64,000 bases of DNA, from sequence record OP557969.1; one strand, given 5' to 3'. The translations under genes were made by a program, and so were the position numbers. The first letter of the stretch is position 1; each line of letters begins with the position of its first letter. The notes under the pieces were generated by a model. The model was not told where the DNA came from and did not search any database. It saw nothing but the letters and a program-made list of their open reading frames with translations. Shown here piece by piece: positions 52,851 to 62,657 of the stretch. Source of the stretch: Escherichia phage ph0011.

Positions 52851-52898
52851 GGTGCGTTTTTCAATATAATATTATTATTGAAAACGCACTCTTTTTAA
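52851..52898 (+). terminator. Long hairpin / terminator
   Basis: gtgcgtttttcaat ... attgaaaacgcac with AT-rich loop, followed by tcttttt. Confidence 0.5.
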
Positions 52899-52922
52899 TA
52901 TACAGATAAGGAACAAATATAT

Positions 52923-53612
52923 ATGAAGCGTAGGCATATTAGTGTTGATATTGAGTCTCTTGGTACTCCTGAAAATTCAGGATATGATATTATTATTCCA
53001 AATTACGCAGCAGTTGTTGTTCCAAATAAACCTGAAAATGATATCAGGAATTTTATATATGTTAAGTTGCCATACCAAGCACAAGTTAACGCTGGACTGA
53101 AATCAGATTCAGGTGCAATGGATTTCTGGATGAATACGTGTCAGAAAGAATATCCTAATGCATATGCAGAAGTTGCCAGTACTATGACTCTTCGTGCACC
53201 AGAATTGTACGGACCTAATGGTAAATCCAAACAAATCTTTACATCTAATAGTATTGTCGATTTCTGGAAAGATATCCGTTATGATATCTATGGTAAAGAG
53301 GTTGAACATTCAATTTGGGGAAATGGTTGTAACTTCGACTGTAGTATTTTACAAGCTAATCACTTAAAACTATTGAATGTTGGTGATTTATGGAAATATG
53401 ATGCACCAGAAAATGCACGAACATTAAAACGTTTATTGAATGAAGATGCTCGTACCGAAATGGATGAGATTGTGTCAGTGCAGTTAGCTAAATTCGTGAA
53501 GTATGCAGAACAATGTGGTATTAATGGTTTGGAATTACATCACCCTCTGTATGATGCAGCACGTGAAGCTATCCAAATCTCCTACTGTCTCAATAAACTT
53601 AAACTGGACTAA
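52923..53612 (+). CDS. dexA: DEDDh 3'-5' exonuclease (T4 DexA-like)
   Basis: Exo I ISVDIESLG; C-terminal HHPLYDA (H-x4-D). Confidence 0.5.
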   Translation: MKRRHISVDIESLGTPENSGYDIIIPNYAAVVVPNKPENDIRNFIYVKLPYQAQVNAGLKSDSGAMDFWMNTCQKEYPNAYAEVASTMTLRAPELYGPNGKSKQIFTSNSIVDFWKDIRYDIYGKEVEHSIWGNGCNFDCSILQANHLKLLNVGDLWKYDAPENARTLKRLLNEDARTEMDEIVSVQLAKFVKYAEQCGINGLELHHPLYDAAREAIQISYCLNKLKLD

Positions 53613-53615
53613 TAC

Positions 53616-54710
53616 ATGAATTTTATTATTCTGTTGATTCCTTCACTTATCGTTGTATTTGTTATGAAATACATGTATGATAAGCATATCAGTACTAAAG
53701 AACTGTTGATTCATATTGGTTGTTGTATAGTTGGGGCTGCTCTTGTGCTTGGTATCTCATATGCAATCAACTACAGCCAATTGTACGATGTAGAGATTCT
53801 AAATGGGCAGGTAACATCCAAATATAATCACAAGGAGTTTTGTACACAATCAAGCTCATGTAAGCATTACACGTGGCACGAGAAATGCAGAACTCGTTAT
53901 GATAGTAAGGGGAAATCCCATCGTGAATGTGAGTCCTATAAGGTATTTGATTATTCATACGAAGTTGACTGGTATGTAAAAAGTACTGTAGGGAAGTTTG
54001 AGATTGAGCGAGTAAACCGTCAGGGTACAATGACCCCTCCACGCTGGCAACAGGTTAACATTGGGGATTATGCTGCCGCAGAAAGTTCTTATATTAACTA
54101 TCTGTTCGCTGATAAAAACTCATTGTTTAGTCCTGATGAATTACATGAAATGTATGATGAGAAATATCTTAGTTCTTTACCAGAATATCCAAGTATTAAT
54201 GATTATTACATAACACATCATGTTATTAACAAAACAAATTATAATGTATATGGATATGAAGAATATTTACGTAACGTTTTGAAAACTATGGGTTCACGTA
54301 AAGAAGTCAATATCTTAGTTATTGTATACAATTATAAAGACAGTGATTTTGTTGATGCTACCTTAGCAAAGTGGCGTGGTGGTAAGAAGAATGATGTTAT
54401 TATGTTCTTTGGTATTGATGGTGATGGTAATATTATTAAATTTAACAGCACATCATTTGCCCAGGGAATGAAAAATGAAGGATTACATGCAAAGATGCGT
54501 ATGGACGCATTAAATGAAAAATTAACGATTGACTTATTAGCAATAGAAGTGCATAATATTGATACACAGTTCGTGAGACTCTCTAATAAAGAGTTTGAGT
54601 ACTTGTCTATTAAAATGGAACCACGCAAAGATGTTCTCATCGGTGCTTCTATTTTATTACTAATTATTTCTATTTTTATTGGCCTTTATATGAGGGATAA
54701 CGAATTATGA
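53616..54710 (+). CDS. Hypothetical membrane protein (N- and C-terminal hydrophobic segments)
   Basis: Hydrophobic N-terminus IILLIPSLIVVFV and C-terminus LIGASILLLIISIFIGLY. Confidence 0.55.
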   Translation: MNFIILLIPSLIVVFVMKYMYDKHISTKELLIHIGCCIVGAALVLGISYAINYSQLYDVEILNGQVTSKYNHKEFCTQSSSCKHYTWHEKCRTRYDSKGKSHRECESYKVFDYSYEVDWYVKSTVGKFEIERVNRQGTMTPPRWQQVNIGDYAAAESSYINYLFADKNSLFSPDELHEMYDEKYLSSLPEYPSINDYYITHHVINKTNYNVYGYEEYLRNVLKTMGSRKEVNILVIVYNYKDSDFVDATLAKWRGGKKNDVIMFFGIDGDGNIIKFNSTSFAQGMKNEGLHAKMRMDALNEKLTIDLLAIEVHNIDTQFVRLSNKEFEYLSIKMEPRKDVLIGASILLLIISIFIGLYMRDNEL

Positions 54711-55261
54711 ATGGTAAAGTTTTTGCATTAATTGGTATTATTGTTGTATTTGGTCTTATGGTAATTGGGTCTATTAGCATGTATGTAGGAACATATGATC
54801 GTGCGGTGGAATTTGAAGGTAATATTCAAAAGTATTACGATGCTTCAGAAAGTCAATTAAGTACTTATACCCTTACAATCCAAGAAAAGGTTCAAGTATC
54901 AGATAAGTATAAAGATGCATTGAAAGAAACAATTGAATCGTATTTCAAAGGACGTGAAGGTGTTGACCAGAAATTTGTAATGTCACAGATTCAACAGCAG
55001 GTTCCAAATCTTGATCCTAAAATTTACCAGGAGCTTATGGTAACAATTGAATCAGGACGTACAAAGTTCAACAATCTTCAAAAAATGAAAATCGACCAAT
55101 GTACAGAATATTCCAAATTCCGCAAAGGATTCTGGAATTCCAAAATTCTTGATGTTAACACGTTTCCAAGTGAAAATATTGCACATCTTTGCACGGTAGT
55201 ATCAGATACCCGCACAAAGAAAGCAATGGATACTGGTATTCAAGAAGTAATTAAACTATAA
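54707..55261 (+). CDS. Membrane-anchored protein, possibly LemA-like
   Basis: N-terminal TM helix then helical soluble domain with FPSEN; resemblance to the LemA family is tentative. Confidence 0.35.
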   Translation: MNGKVFALIGIIVVFGLMVIGSISMYVGTYDRAVEFEGNIQKYYDASESQLSTYTLTIQEKVQVSDKYKDALKETIESYFKGREGVDQKFVMSQIQQQVPNLDPKIYQELMVTIESGRTKFNNLQKMKIDQCTEYSKFRKGFWNSKILDVNTFPSENIAHLCTVVSDTRTKKAMDTGIQEVIKL

Positions 55262-55310
55262 TCTAAATCTGGGAGTACAAAACGTACTCCCATTTTCTAT
55301 AGGGTTTATT

Positions 55311-55883
55311 ATGTTTTTAAAAAATACTTATGAATTAATTAAAATGCTTCAAAATATGAATTCTGGTGGTCTATTTCCGTATCATTCAGAGGATAAAACA
55401 CATCGTTTAGTTTTGAAATTGGATGAAACTGGACGTATTGCATCACTAAGAACGGTTATTCCCAATATGGAGCAAGTAATCACACAAACAACTCCGAAGT
55501 CAGGCACTGCTGTTAATACACCACAAACATATAATCCACAGATATATACTATTAGTTCTCCACCTATTACACGAGTTGCCTGTATTGTGAATATAAAAGT
55601 ATCTAAGGACTATCGTGACTTAATATCAGTTGAATGGTCAGAAATAACATCATCATTGGTAGCAAATGGGTTTGTAGTAACAAATACAGGTCTAGCACAA
55701 AATGTGAAAGAAGGACAGCAGATCATGAGTGCATTGTATATTAGTAATGGTTGTGTTATCATCAATGGCAAGTTGTATAGAGATACTGAACCTGATGCAT
55801 TCACTGAAGATTTGGTTGGTGAAAAAGAATACAGCATTCTGGAAATTATGAATTTGAAAAAGGTATATGAAAACGGTGTTTAG
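55311..55883 (+). CDS. Hypothetical protein (190 aa)
   Basis: ORF. Confidence 0.5.
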   Translation: MFLKNTYELIKMLQNMNSGGLFPYHSEDKTHRLVLKLDETGRIASLRTVIPNMEQVITQTTPKSGTAVNTPQTYNPQIYTISSPPITRVACIVNIKVSKDYRDLISVEWSEITSSLVANGFVVTNTGLAQNVKEGQQIMSALYISNGCVIINGKLYRDTEPDAFTEDLVGEKEYSILEIMNLKKVYENGV

Positions 55884-56448
55884 ATTTCATCAAGATGATT
55901 TACCATTTATCCAAGAACTTGAGGAACTGGTAATAAGTACTATGGATGAAATTAGTACTTGGGATATAACCGTTTTTCGAAATGTATATGATAAAGTGGT
56001 GAATTTTAAAAATGTTAATATTGAAGTAAAGCATAATAATTTTTACTTAACGAAGCAATTCATTCTAACTCGTCCAGGACACAAACCTGTTAAGCGTAAT
56101 TTGTCATTCGGACACATCATTGGTACTGAAAAGGTATATGATGAATGGGTTGATTCAATCTATTCGTATACAAAAGAACTTATTCCAGATATTGAGAAAA
56201 GATATTATCTAAGTATCACATTAGATGAAAACGGAAATCTTAATGCGTATTCAATAAATTCTTCATCAAATGTTCCATTACATTCGGTGACGATTGGTGA
56301 TAAAAAATTACTAATAAATTCTGAAACATGGTATAATAGAGAAAATTTCGCAGCAGAAACATTTCAGTACTCTGTATCAGAACCAAAGTCACCTTTTGAC
56401 TTAGTTTTTGTTAATAATATTATTATACGTTATGGCGTAGGAGTGTAA
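55867..56448 (+). CDS. Hypothetical protein (193 aa)
   Basis: ORF. Confidence 0.5.
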   Translation: MKTVFRFHQDDLPFIQELEELVISTMDEISTWDITVFRNVYDKVVNFKNVNIEVKHNNFYLTKQFILTRPGHKPVKRNLSFGHIIGTEKVYDEWVDSIYSYTKELIPDIEKRYYLSITLDENGNLNAYSINSSSNVPLHSVTIGDKKLLINSETWYNRENFAAETFQYSVSEPKSPFDLVFVNNIIIRYGVGV

Positions 56449-56450
56449 TT

Positions 56451-56801
56451 ATGCTAATATATTTAAGTGTGCTTGTTTTTTCGTTACTGTTGTCACTGAT
56501 TATTTTAAAAATTATTGCTATTGTTCGAAGTAAGATTGATTGTTCTGAAACTGGTTCAGTTATTGACTTGGTTCTTGATTATCCAAAGCGATGTGGTGTT
56601 ATTGTGTTAATTGTTCTCCTTATGAATACATACATCGTCAGAGAACATTTATATAATATGTATGATTGTAGTGTTCGTTCATTTTCACAAGGTGTGGACA
56701 CGGACTATAGTTGGTACTATAAGAAATGTCGATTTAAAAACCAACACGGTATTTGGGTTGATTTTGATAAATTACGTGGAACCCCTACTGGAGAAGAATA
56801 A
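56451..56801 (+). CDS. Hypothetical membrane protein (116 aa)
   Basis: Two hydrophobic segments. Confidence 0.45.
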   Translation: MLIYLSVLVFSLLLSLIILKIIAIVRSKIDCSETGSVIDLVLDYPKRCGVIVLIVLLMNTYIVREHLYNMYDCSVRSFSQGVDTDYSWYYKKCRFKNQHGIWVDFDKLRGTPTGEE

Positions 56802-56803
56802 TT

Positions 56804-57295
56804 ATGTTTGTCTTCCCTGAAGAGTCATTTAATTTCATTGATCCTACAGATGATGGGTATAGACATATTAACATTTATAGTAAAGCCAGAACTAAGCTAG
56901 GTAGAGATCTATCTAATTTTTCTTCGTATAGCTTCACACTGGAACCATATGGGTGGTTCCCATCAGTTGAAACGTTTTACTTTTGGTTTTTAACTGGTCA
57001 AAAACATGATGATCTTAGAAAAGTATCTGGTGCAGCAGCAAAGGCTGCTGCTAACAAATATATGCATGATAGAATTATAATGACTGATGATTGTATCTCT
57101 ATTATTCAAGATGCAATTTGTGCTAAGATAATTCAAAACCCAGAGTTATCTGAAAGATTAAGAAAAAGCAAATTACCATTTTACCATTACTATGTTTATG
57201 GTGGGAAGGTTGTTGATGTATCTGATGAGCATGACTGGTTTGTTAAAACATTCGAAGATATAAGAATTGTTTTAAAGGAGAATCACAATGACTAA
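56804..57295 (+). CDS. Hypothetical protein, possibly NADAR/YbiA-like
   Basis: LSNFSSYSFTLEPYGWFPSVETFYF loosely resembles the NADAR core; weak. Confidence 0.3.
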   Translation: MFVFPEESFNFIDPTDDGYRHINIYSKARTKLGRDLSNFSSYSFTLEPYGWFPSVETFYFWFLTGQKHDDLRKVSGAAAKAAANKYMHDRIIMTDDCISIIQDAICAKIIQNPELSERLRKSKLPFYHYYVYGGKVVDVSDEHDWFVKTFEDIRIVLKENHND

Positions 57296-57566
57296 ATGTT
57301 GGGTATGTTGTAAGCATTTCGATGAAGAATATGATATTTCTTTGGATGTATACCATCAGCAATACATGATATCATCGGGAAAATATAAACTAGATACCTT
57401 CCCAACTCCTAAGTATATGGGGATTTGTCCATTGTGTAATGGGAATGGTGTATTAGACATTGTTATTGAATTCACAAATACACAAACTACTGATTGTGTT
57501 GCCGCATATATAAGAGATAATCTTGATTTTTTCACTAGGAGATTATATGAACGAGAAAATATTTAA
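57288..57566 (+). CDS. Hypothetical Cys-rich small protein (92 aa)
   Basis: CWVCCKHF ... CPLCNGNG. Confidence 0.45.
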   Translation: MTKCWVCCKHFDEEYDISLDVYHQQYMISSGKYKLDTFPTPKYMGICPLCNGNGVLDIVIEFTNTQTTDCVAAYIRDNLDFFTRRLYERENI

Positions 57567-57783
57567 TTCATATAATATGGAAGATTTACTAATACCATCC
57601 GAGAACAGTACTGTTAAGATGCAAATGTATTGGTTAGTAAAAGATGGTAAAGTATTTCAACACAAAGTTACAAAAGTATGGCAATGTAACAAAAACAAGT
57701 CAATAGTTGATACACTAGCAACTGCATTTCCAGGGGTGGAGGTTGTATTTTTACCAGTTGCTTATATTAAGGAAATAAAATGA
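57547..57783 (+). CDS. Hypothetical protein
   Basis: ATG at 57547 preceded by GGAG. Confidence 0.45.
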   Translation: MNEKIFNSYNMEDLLIPSENSTVKMQMYWLVKDGKVFQHKVTKVWQCNKNKSIVDTLATAFPGVEVVFLPVAYIKEIK

Positions 57784-57947
57784 AAAAAACATGGACAATA
57801 TTCGTAATACCTATTATAATGTTGTTATTGGTAATCACGGTTCCACAAGTATACGTTGTTGCTTTGAATGTGGTGGAAATTATTCTTCTTGTAATTCATT
57901 GCCTTGTGTGTTATTACTACGTAAAATGGGATGATAAAAAAATATGA
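57780..57947 (+). CDS. Small membrane protein (55 aa) absent from the ORF track
   Basis: ATGA overlaps at both ends link it to the neighbours; hydrophobic core IFVIPIIMLLLVITVPQVYVVALNVVEIILLVI. Confidence 0.4.
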   Translation: MKKTWTIFVIPIIMLLLVITVPQVYVVALNVVEIILLVIHCLVCYYYVKWDDKKI

Positions 57948-58366
57948 AGTACTATCGAATTCGAGTTGGTGTAAGCTCAGGTTTTAGTAATTGGGTATAT
58001 TATGATTTGCCTGATAGCTATACCGTAGAAGATGTAATTAACTTATATTATGAAGAAGAGACATGGGTACTCAGTACTGAAACACATAGTGTAGTGTGTG
58101 AAGAGCTATGTGCCGAAGATTACAAGCACTGTGTCCAAGCAATGAAGTATTACAGTAAAGAAGTGAAGATGTTATCTGAAAACATTTTTCCGGTAAAAGA
58201 ATGGGCAATTTTACTTGCAAATCCTAACAAACCTGTTAGAATTGGTTATCCAAACAATCATATGGTTTATCGAATGAATAACAAACGTGAGCTAAGTTAT
58301 CAGTATGATTACAGTGCTTCTAAGTTTGGAGTTCTACCACAATTTAAAAAGGCTTATCCAGTATGA
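57944..58366 (+). CDS. Hypothetical protein (140 aa)
   Basis: ORF. Confidence 0.5.
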   Translation: MKYYRIRVGVSSGFSNWVYYDLPDSYTVEDVINLYYEEETWVLSTETHSVVCEELCAEDYKHCVQAMKYYSKEVKMLSENIFPVKEWAILLANPNKPVRIGYPNNHMVYRMNNKRELSYQYDYSASKFGVLPQFKKAYPV

Positions 58367-58698
58367 GCAATGACAGCAAAGAATTTATAGTACGTTGTAG
58401 TTGTGGTGATAATACTGAACATTGTATTCACATTGCACAATATGACTTGACACAAGAAGATGGAGATGGTAAACTTGGTCAATGTTTGGTGAGTATGCGT
58501 TTGAATCCTTTCTTAAAATGGCACAAACGTATATTGGTTGGGTTGAAGTATATTTTCGGTGTAAACGATTTTCAATACAAAGAAGCAATGATTGATGTTG
58601 ACATTCTGAAAGAAGTTGTGTTACAATTAGAAGACACCCGTCCCGATGAGGTAAAGAAAGAAGAAAGAGATAAACGTAGTGATGTGAAGGTTTTATGA
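58363..58698 (+). CDS. Hypothetical protein (111 aa)
   Basis: ORF. Confidence 0.5.
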   Translation: MSNDSKEFIVRCSCGDNTEHCIHIAQYDLTQEDGDGKLGQCLVSMRLNPFLKWHKRILVGLKYIFGVNDFQYKEAMIDVDILKEVVLQLEDTRPDEVKKEERDKRSDVKVL

Positions 58699-58889
58699 GT
58701 ACTGAACTTTATGAAAAAAAGTACTGTACAAATTGCTCAACTGAGTATACAATACAAGGTATGTTAATTTGTACAATATGTAAGTCAAAAGAATCAGCTA
58801 CATTCATAGTTGATGATAGATTTAGTGATTTAAAACAGTTTAAAGCAAACCGCAATCTTCGTATTTTTAGCAATCTAAATAAGGAATAA
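58695..58889 (+). CDS. Small zinc-ribbon protein (64 aa)
   Basis: CTNCSTEY ... CTICKS (C-x2-C ... C-x2-C). Confidence 0.45.
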   Translation: MSTELYEKKYCTNCSTEYTIQGMLICTICKSKESATFIVDDRFSDLKQFKANRNLRIFSNLNKE

Positions 58890-58895
58890 CATTTT

Positions 58896-59324
58896 ATGAA
58901 TATCGAACAAATCATCCGTAATCATTCTTTCTTCGCCCCAGAGACTGGTCGTGTAATTGAGAATGTCAAAATCGAAGAACTTATGGTGAATGTTAAATAC
59001 AAAGAACCAAATGATGAGATTAGTAGCACTTTTTGTGCACTTCGTGCACCATTCCGCAATGAAAAAGCAAAAAAACCAGCATATGTTCTTGCAATTGCTT
59101 TAGGATGTGTTGTTAAACTTGCAGTTGATGAAAATATTATTAATATCAAAGTCGCCCCTACCAATGACGAAGAAAACATTGATTTGAACTTTGATGGTAA
59201 TCTCGACGAAGATGTATTTTTTCAACAGTCACTTGTTTATGACTTCCGTACCGTGACATATTCACATATTAACTTCGTCAATGAAATGGTTGATATTGTA
59301 GCCAAATATGAAGAATCTCTATAA
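58896..59324 (+). CDS. Member of FQxSL paralog family
   Basis: C-terminal DEDVFFQQSLVYDFRTVTYSHINFV shared with the genes at 60538-62643. Confidence 0.55.
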   Translation: MNIEQIIRNHSFFAPETGRVIENVKIEELMVNVKYKEPNDEISSTFCALRAPFRNEKAKKPAYVLAIALGCVVKLAVDENIINIKVAPTNDEENIDLNFDGNLDEDVFFQQSLVYDFRTVTYSHINFVNEMVDIVAKYEESL

Positions 59325-59334
59325 TTAAATCATA

Positions 59335-59360
59335 AAAGCCTCCATGTTGGAGGCTTTTCT
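59335..59360 (+). terminator. Rho-independent terminator
   Basis: agcctcca-tgt-tggaggct followed by tttct. Confidence 0.6.
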
Positions 59361-59381
59361 CACATAAGGAAATGAAGAAAT

Positions 59382-59933
59382 ATGATTGAACAAATTAATA
59401 TTCTCACACAACAAATTACCGACTTTCTCTCAGATAAAGAAGGTTTCAAAACTGAAGTGAAAATGCACGGCGTTAGTCTTGATGTAATTTCACCAGATGG
59501 AAATGTTACAAATTATGATATGTACGAATTGTTTCTTTACACTTTAGCAGTACGTAAACTAGGAAGTGACATTGAACTAAACATTAACACTGATAGTGAT
59601 GGAAATAAAATTTTTGCAATCAATACAAGTGCTAAGTATGATGTTAGTGCAGAAATTAAAAAAATTAACGATAGCTTTGTTGGTTTCACCCATGATTCAA
59701 TTCAAGGTGTTTTTGTAGGTAAACAAACTTCATCAAGTCAATGTCCATTTTGTATTATGACTTTATATAAAAATGGTGATTGGATGCGACAAGACTTGGT
59801 ATATGCTGAAATGTTGTATGCATTTACACATGGTCTAGAAATTGAATTAGATGATAGTGCTTTTTGCTTTAAGAAAATCCGAAAACTCACAAATGATATT
59901 CAAAAGCAACTTAAAGAATTAAATGATAAATAA
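59382..59933 (+). CDS. Hypothetical protein (183 aa)
   Basis: ORF with AAGGAA RBS. Confidence 0.5.
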   Translation: MIEQINILTQQITDFLSDKEGFKTEVKMHGVSLDVISPDGNVTNYDMYELFLYTLAVRKLGSDIELNINTDSDGNKIFAINTSAKYDVSAEIKKINDSFVGFTHDSIQGVFVGKQTSSSQCPFCIMTLYKNGDWMRQDLVYAEMLYAFTHGLEIELDDSAFCFKKIRKLTNDIQKQLKELNDK

Positions 59934-60042
59934 ATGTACCAGAAGTGGTTAACATATCATGTTATTTTCCTCCCTTACATAATAATGATGCGTTATTAGA
60001 TTTTCATTTTATTATTTCTTTTTTGTACAAAATCATATTAGT

Positions 60043-60068
60043 ACTGCCCCGTATATCGGGGCATTTTA
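60043..60068 (+). terminator. Rho-independent terminator
   Basis: tgccccg-tatat-cggggca followed by tttta. Confidence 0.55.
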
Positions 60069-60090
60069 TTATCTAAAATATGGTGATTTT

Positions 60091-60482
60091 ATGAAAAACA
60101 TTGGCTCTTCTATACAAAAAGACCTTTCATTTTACCTTAATAAATTCAGAAGTATAAATGGTAATAAATTTAATAGTATCTATCAGTTCACACATAAAGA
60201 ATATATTACTATTGATCCCTTTTCAAAAAACTGATGTATGTTAATGATAATAATTATAGTGTTAAATTATCATTCGATATTGTGTTGGATAAATTAACAT
60301 TTACGGAATACACTACCAATAAAACTTCATTTTTACACAAGTATAATAGAAAGGTATATAATCATATTTCTAGTTATTTAAATGAAGAATATTACTTTCA
60401 ACAATCTACAATAGAAAAAGTATTATTCAGTACTGAAGAATTAAAAGAATTATATTATTGGTATGAGAAATTTACATCTTGA
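60091..60482 (+). CDS. Possible split or frameshifted member of the FQxSL family (47-aa ORF 60091..60234 plus 82-aa ORF 60234..60482)
   Basis: Two adjacent ORFs in different frames joined by TGATG; the downstream part carries EYYFQQSTIEKVL. Confidence 0.35.
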
Positions 60483-60537
60483 CATTATGGTGGTTTCATC
60501 TTACAATACAAGATAATGATGCGTTGAGGACAAATTC

Positions 60538-60948
60538 ATGAGTATAGATTTACACAATGAACTACAATATTTTTTTGATTTGGATATATCACGTTTGAAC
60601 AGACATGTCAATCATATATCCAGAACTATATGGTGGTCTGATGAGGCTGATGAACCAAGGATTCAGATTTGTGATAATTTGTCAGTTTTAAGATTGTATG
60701 TTCTTGATACCGAAATGAATATTATGATAACATACGTACCACCCACAAACAAACTTCTAATCAACACACTAAACCCAGATACAGTACTGAAAATTTTTGA
60801 TTTGGATACGATACAGTCAAGCGAAACACTATTCCAACGTTCATTGGTTGATGATCTAGGGGGTATTTCTTTTGACGATATATTAAAATTGAAGAAGATG
60901 TATAATGAATTATTAGAGATTAAAAATACCGTTCTAATGGGGATTTAA
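60538..60948 (+). CDS. FQxSL paralog family member
   Basis: SETLFQRSLVDDLGGISFDDI. Confidence 0.55.
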   Translation: MSIDLHNELQYFFDLDISRLNRHVNHISRTIWWSDEADEPRIQICDNLSVLRLYVLDTEMNIMITYVPPTNKLLINTLNPDTVLKIFDLDTIQSSETLFQRSLVDDLGGISFDDILKLKKMYNELLEIKNTVLMGI

Positions 60949-60949
60949 T

Positions 60950-61354
60950 ATGGTAAGTTTATTAGATATTGATAATACTAGTCTGGTTCTGGTGAAAAAA
61001 GGATTAATTCCAAATTCTAACAAGATTGATTATGCTGTTATTGAAACAAATATTGGGAATATCTGGTACGACTCTGAAAGAGACATTGTGTTTAGCTGTG
61101 TAGATAGTGATCGTTCTGAGTGCTGTAGGGTTGGGCATGACGGACAATTTATTTTCGAATTTCGTTTCTGGAAAGATTCCAGATTTCACCAGGAGCATGT
61201 TTCAATTACAAATGTAAATTGTAATGAAGAATCATTCTTCATGGAAAGTACTATTAATGATTTTGGCTCAGTTACTTTTGAGTACTATAAAAAAGTATAT
61301 AACTTGTACAGAGAAGTAATTCGAATCATAAGAACCTCTGAGGGTCAAGATTAA
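60950..61354 (+). CDS. FQxSL paralog family member (variant motif)
   Basis: NEESFFMESTINDFGSVTFEYY. Confidence 0.5.
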   Translation: MVSLLDIDNTSLVLVKKGLIPNSNKIDYAVIETNIGNIWYDSERDIVFSCVDSDRSECCRVGHDGQFIFEFRFWKDSRFHQEHVSITNVNCNEESFFMESTINDFGSVTFEYYKKVYNLYREVIRIIRTSEGQD

Positions 61355-61355
61355 T

Positions 61356-61733
61356 ATGACTACTACCATATATAATATTTTAGGTAACTTGAATAAAAAC
61401 ATAGATAATGATTTTGTTATAGTTGAAAACACTAAAAATATAATTCATCTACCATTGGGTACACCAGATAGGTTAATTTTTAACATATACGCTAACACAC
61501 TGACATACATACACGATGGTATGGTTATCGTTGTGCTTGATATTAAAGAAAATACAATACGATATGCATATGACTTTAACGTTTATTGGTCAAGAACTCA
61601 TAGTATTGATATTGAGGAAGATGAACTTTTTCAATTATCGTTAATTGAGAAAAATGTAATAGGAGTTACCGAGATTGGTATTGTTAAAAAAGCTTTGGAA
61701 TATGCAAATAAAAAAATAAATGGCGAACTATGA
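61356..61733 (+). CDS. FQxSL paralog family member
   Basis: EEDELFQLSLIEKNVIGVTEI. Confidence 0.5.
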   Translation: MTTTIYNILGNLNKNIDNDFVIVENTKNIIHLPLGTPDRLIFNIYANTLTYIHDGMVIVVLDIKENTIRYAYDFNVYWSRTHSIDIEEDELFQLSLIEKNVIGVTEIGIVKKALEYANKKINGEL

Positions 61734-62194
61734 TGAACATTGAGGAAATAAAAAATCATTTTGAAATTGCATTGTCTTGTGATTTTGATAGTTGTTATGT
61801 TACTGAACCAGAAGATATAATTAGAATTTCCACATCGTTTTCAGAAGAATACAATATACTCATTGAGAAATCATATGACAGAACCGAACTCTCATTTTAC
61901 AATAAGGATTTACGAACAACATCATTTATATTATTATATAACACAACATCGGATATAATAGAGATTATAACAAGTAAAACAGGTAAAACAAGTAAAGATG
62001 TACATTATGAGACTATACCAAATGTAAGTTATTGTTCAACAGAAGAAGGATACTTCCAGGAATCACTTATTAAAAATTTATCAGTTAGCTATTCTGATTT
62101 AAGCATTATAGTCAATTATGTGGAAAAGTTAAATGATTTCGTTCTATCGATGTTTGATATCACTGAGCAAAAACCAAAGGAAATCAAATGTTAA
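61730..62194 (+). CDS. FQxSL paralog family member
   Basis: TEEGYFQESLIKNLSVSYSDL. Confidence 0.5.
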   Translation: MMNIEEIKNHFEIALSCDFDSCYVTEPEDIIRISTSFSEEYNILIEKSYDRTELSFYNKDLRTTSFILLYNTTSDIIEIITSKTGKTSKDVHYETIPNVSYCSTEEGYFQESLIKNLSVSYSDLSIIVNYVEKLNDFVLSMFDITEQKPKEIKC

Positions 62195-62643
62195 ATCCTG
62201 GACATTTTTTTCATTTACTGGACATTACACCTATACCCGATTTGATCAGCGAGACTAATCATTATCGTGATATTGGAATTGTATCAATGGAATATGATTC
62301 ACCTGACTTTAAATGTTACGTAACATACGATCAGGTGGCTTATGAGTCAGAGCCTGAGATTAAAAAACCATCATATATTTTTGTGTTCATATATAATGAT
62401 TATAGTGGTGATGTACTGAATGATGTTCATATTGACACATTTGAAATATGTGGTAATATTATATCAGATGATTCAGCATCCACATTTGATTTGGAATTAA
62501 ACAGTACTGAAGAGTCACTTTTTCAGTTGAGTACTATATGTGATACTATATTAACTCTAGATGACATTGAGAAATTTAAAGAACAGCTTGACGCAGTTCG
62601 TGAGATGTTCTATAATCATTATCCAGAAGTAGAGTTCAATTAA
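62188..62643 (+). CDS. FQxSL paralog family member
   Basis: TEESLFQLSTICDTILTLDDI. Confidence 0.5.
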   Translation: MLNPGHFFHLLDITPIPDLISETNHYRDIGIVSMEYDSPDFKCYVTYDQVAYESEPEIKKPSYIFVFIYNDYSGDVLNDVHIDTFEICGNIISDDSASTFDLELNSTEESLFQLSTICDTILTLDDIEKFKEQLDAVREMFYNHYPEVEFN

Positions 62644-62657
62644 CTAAAGGTAATAAA

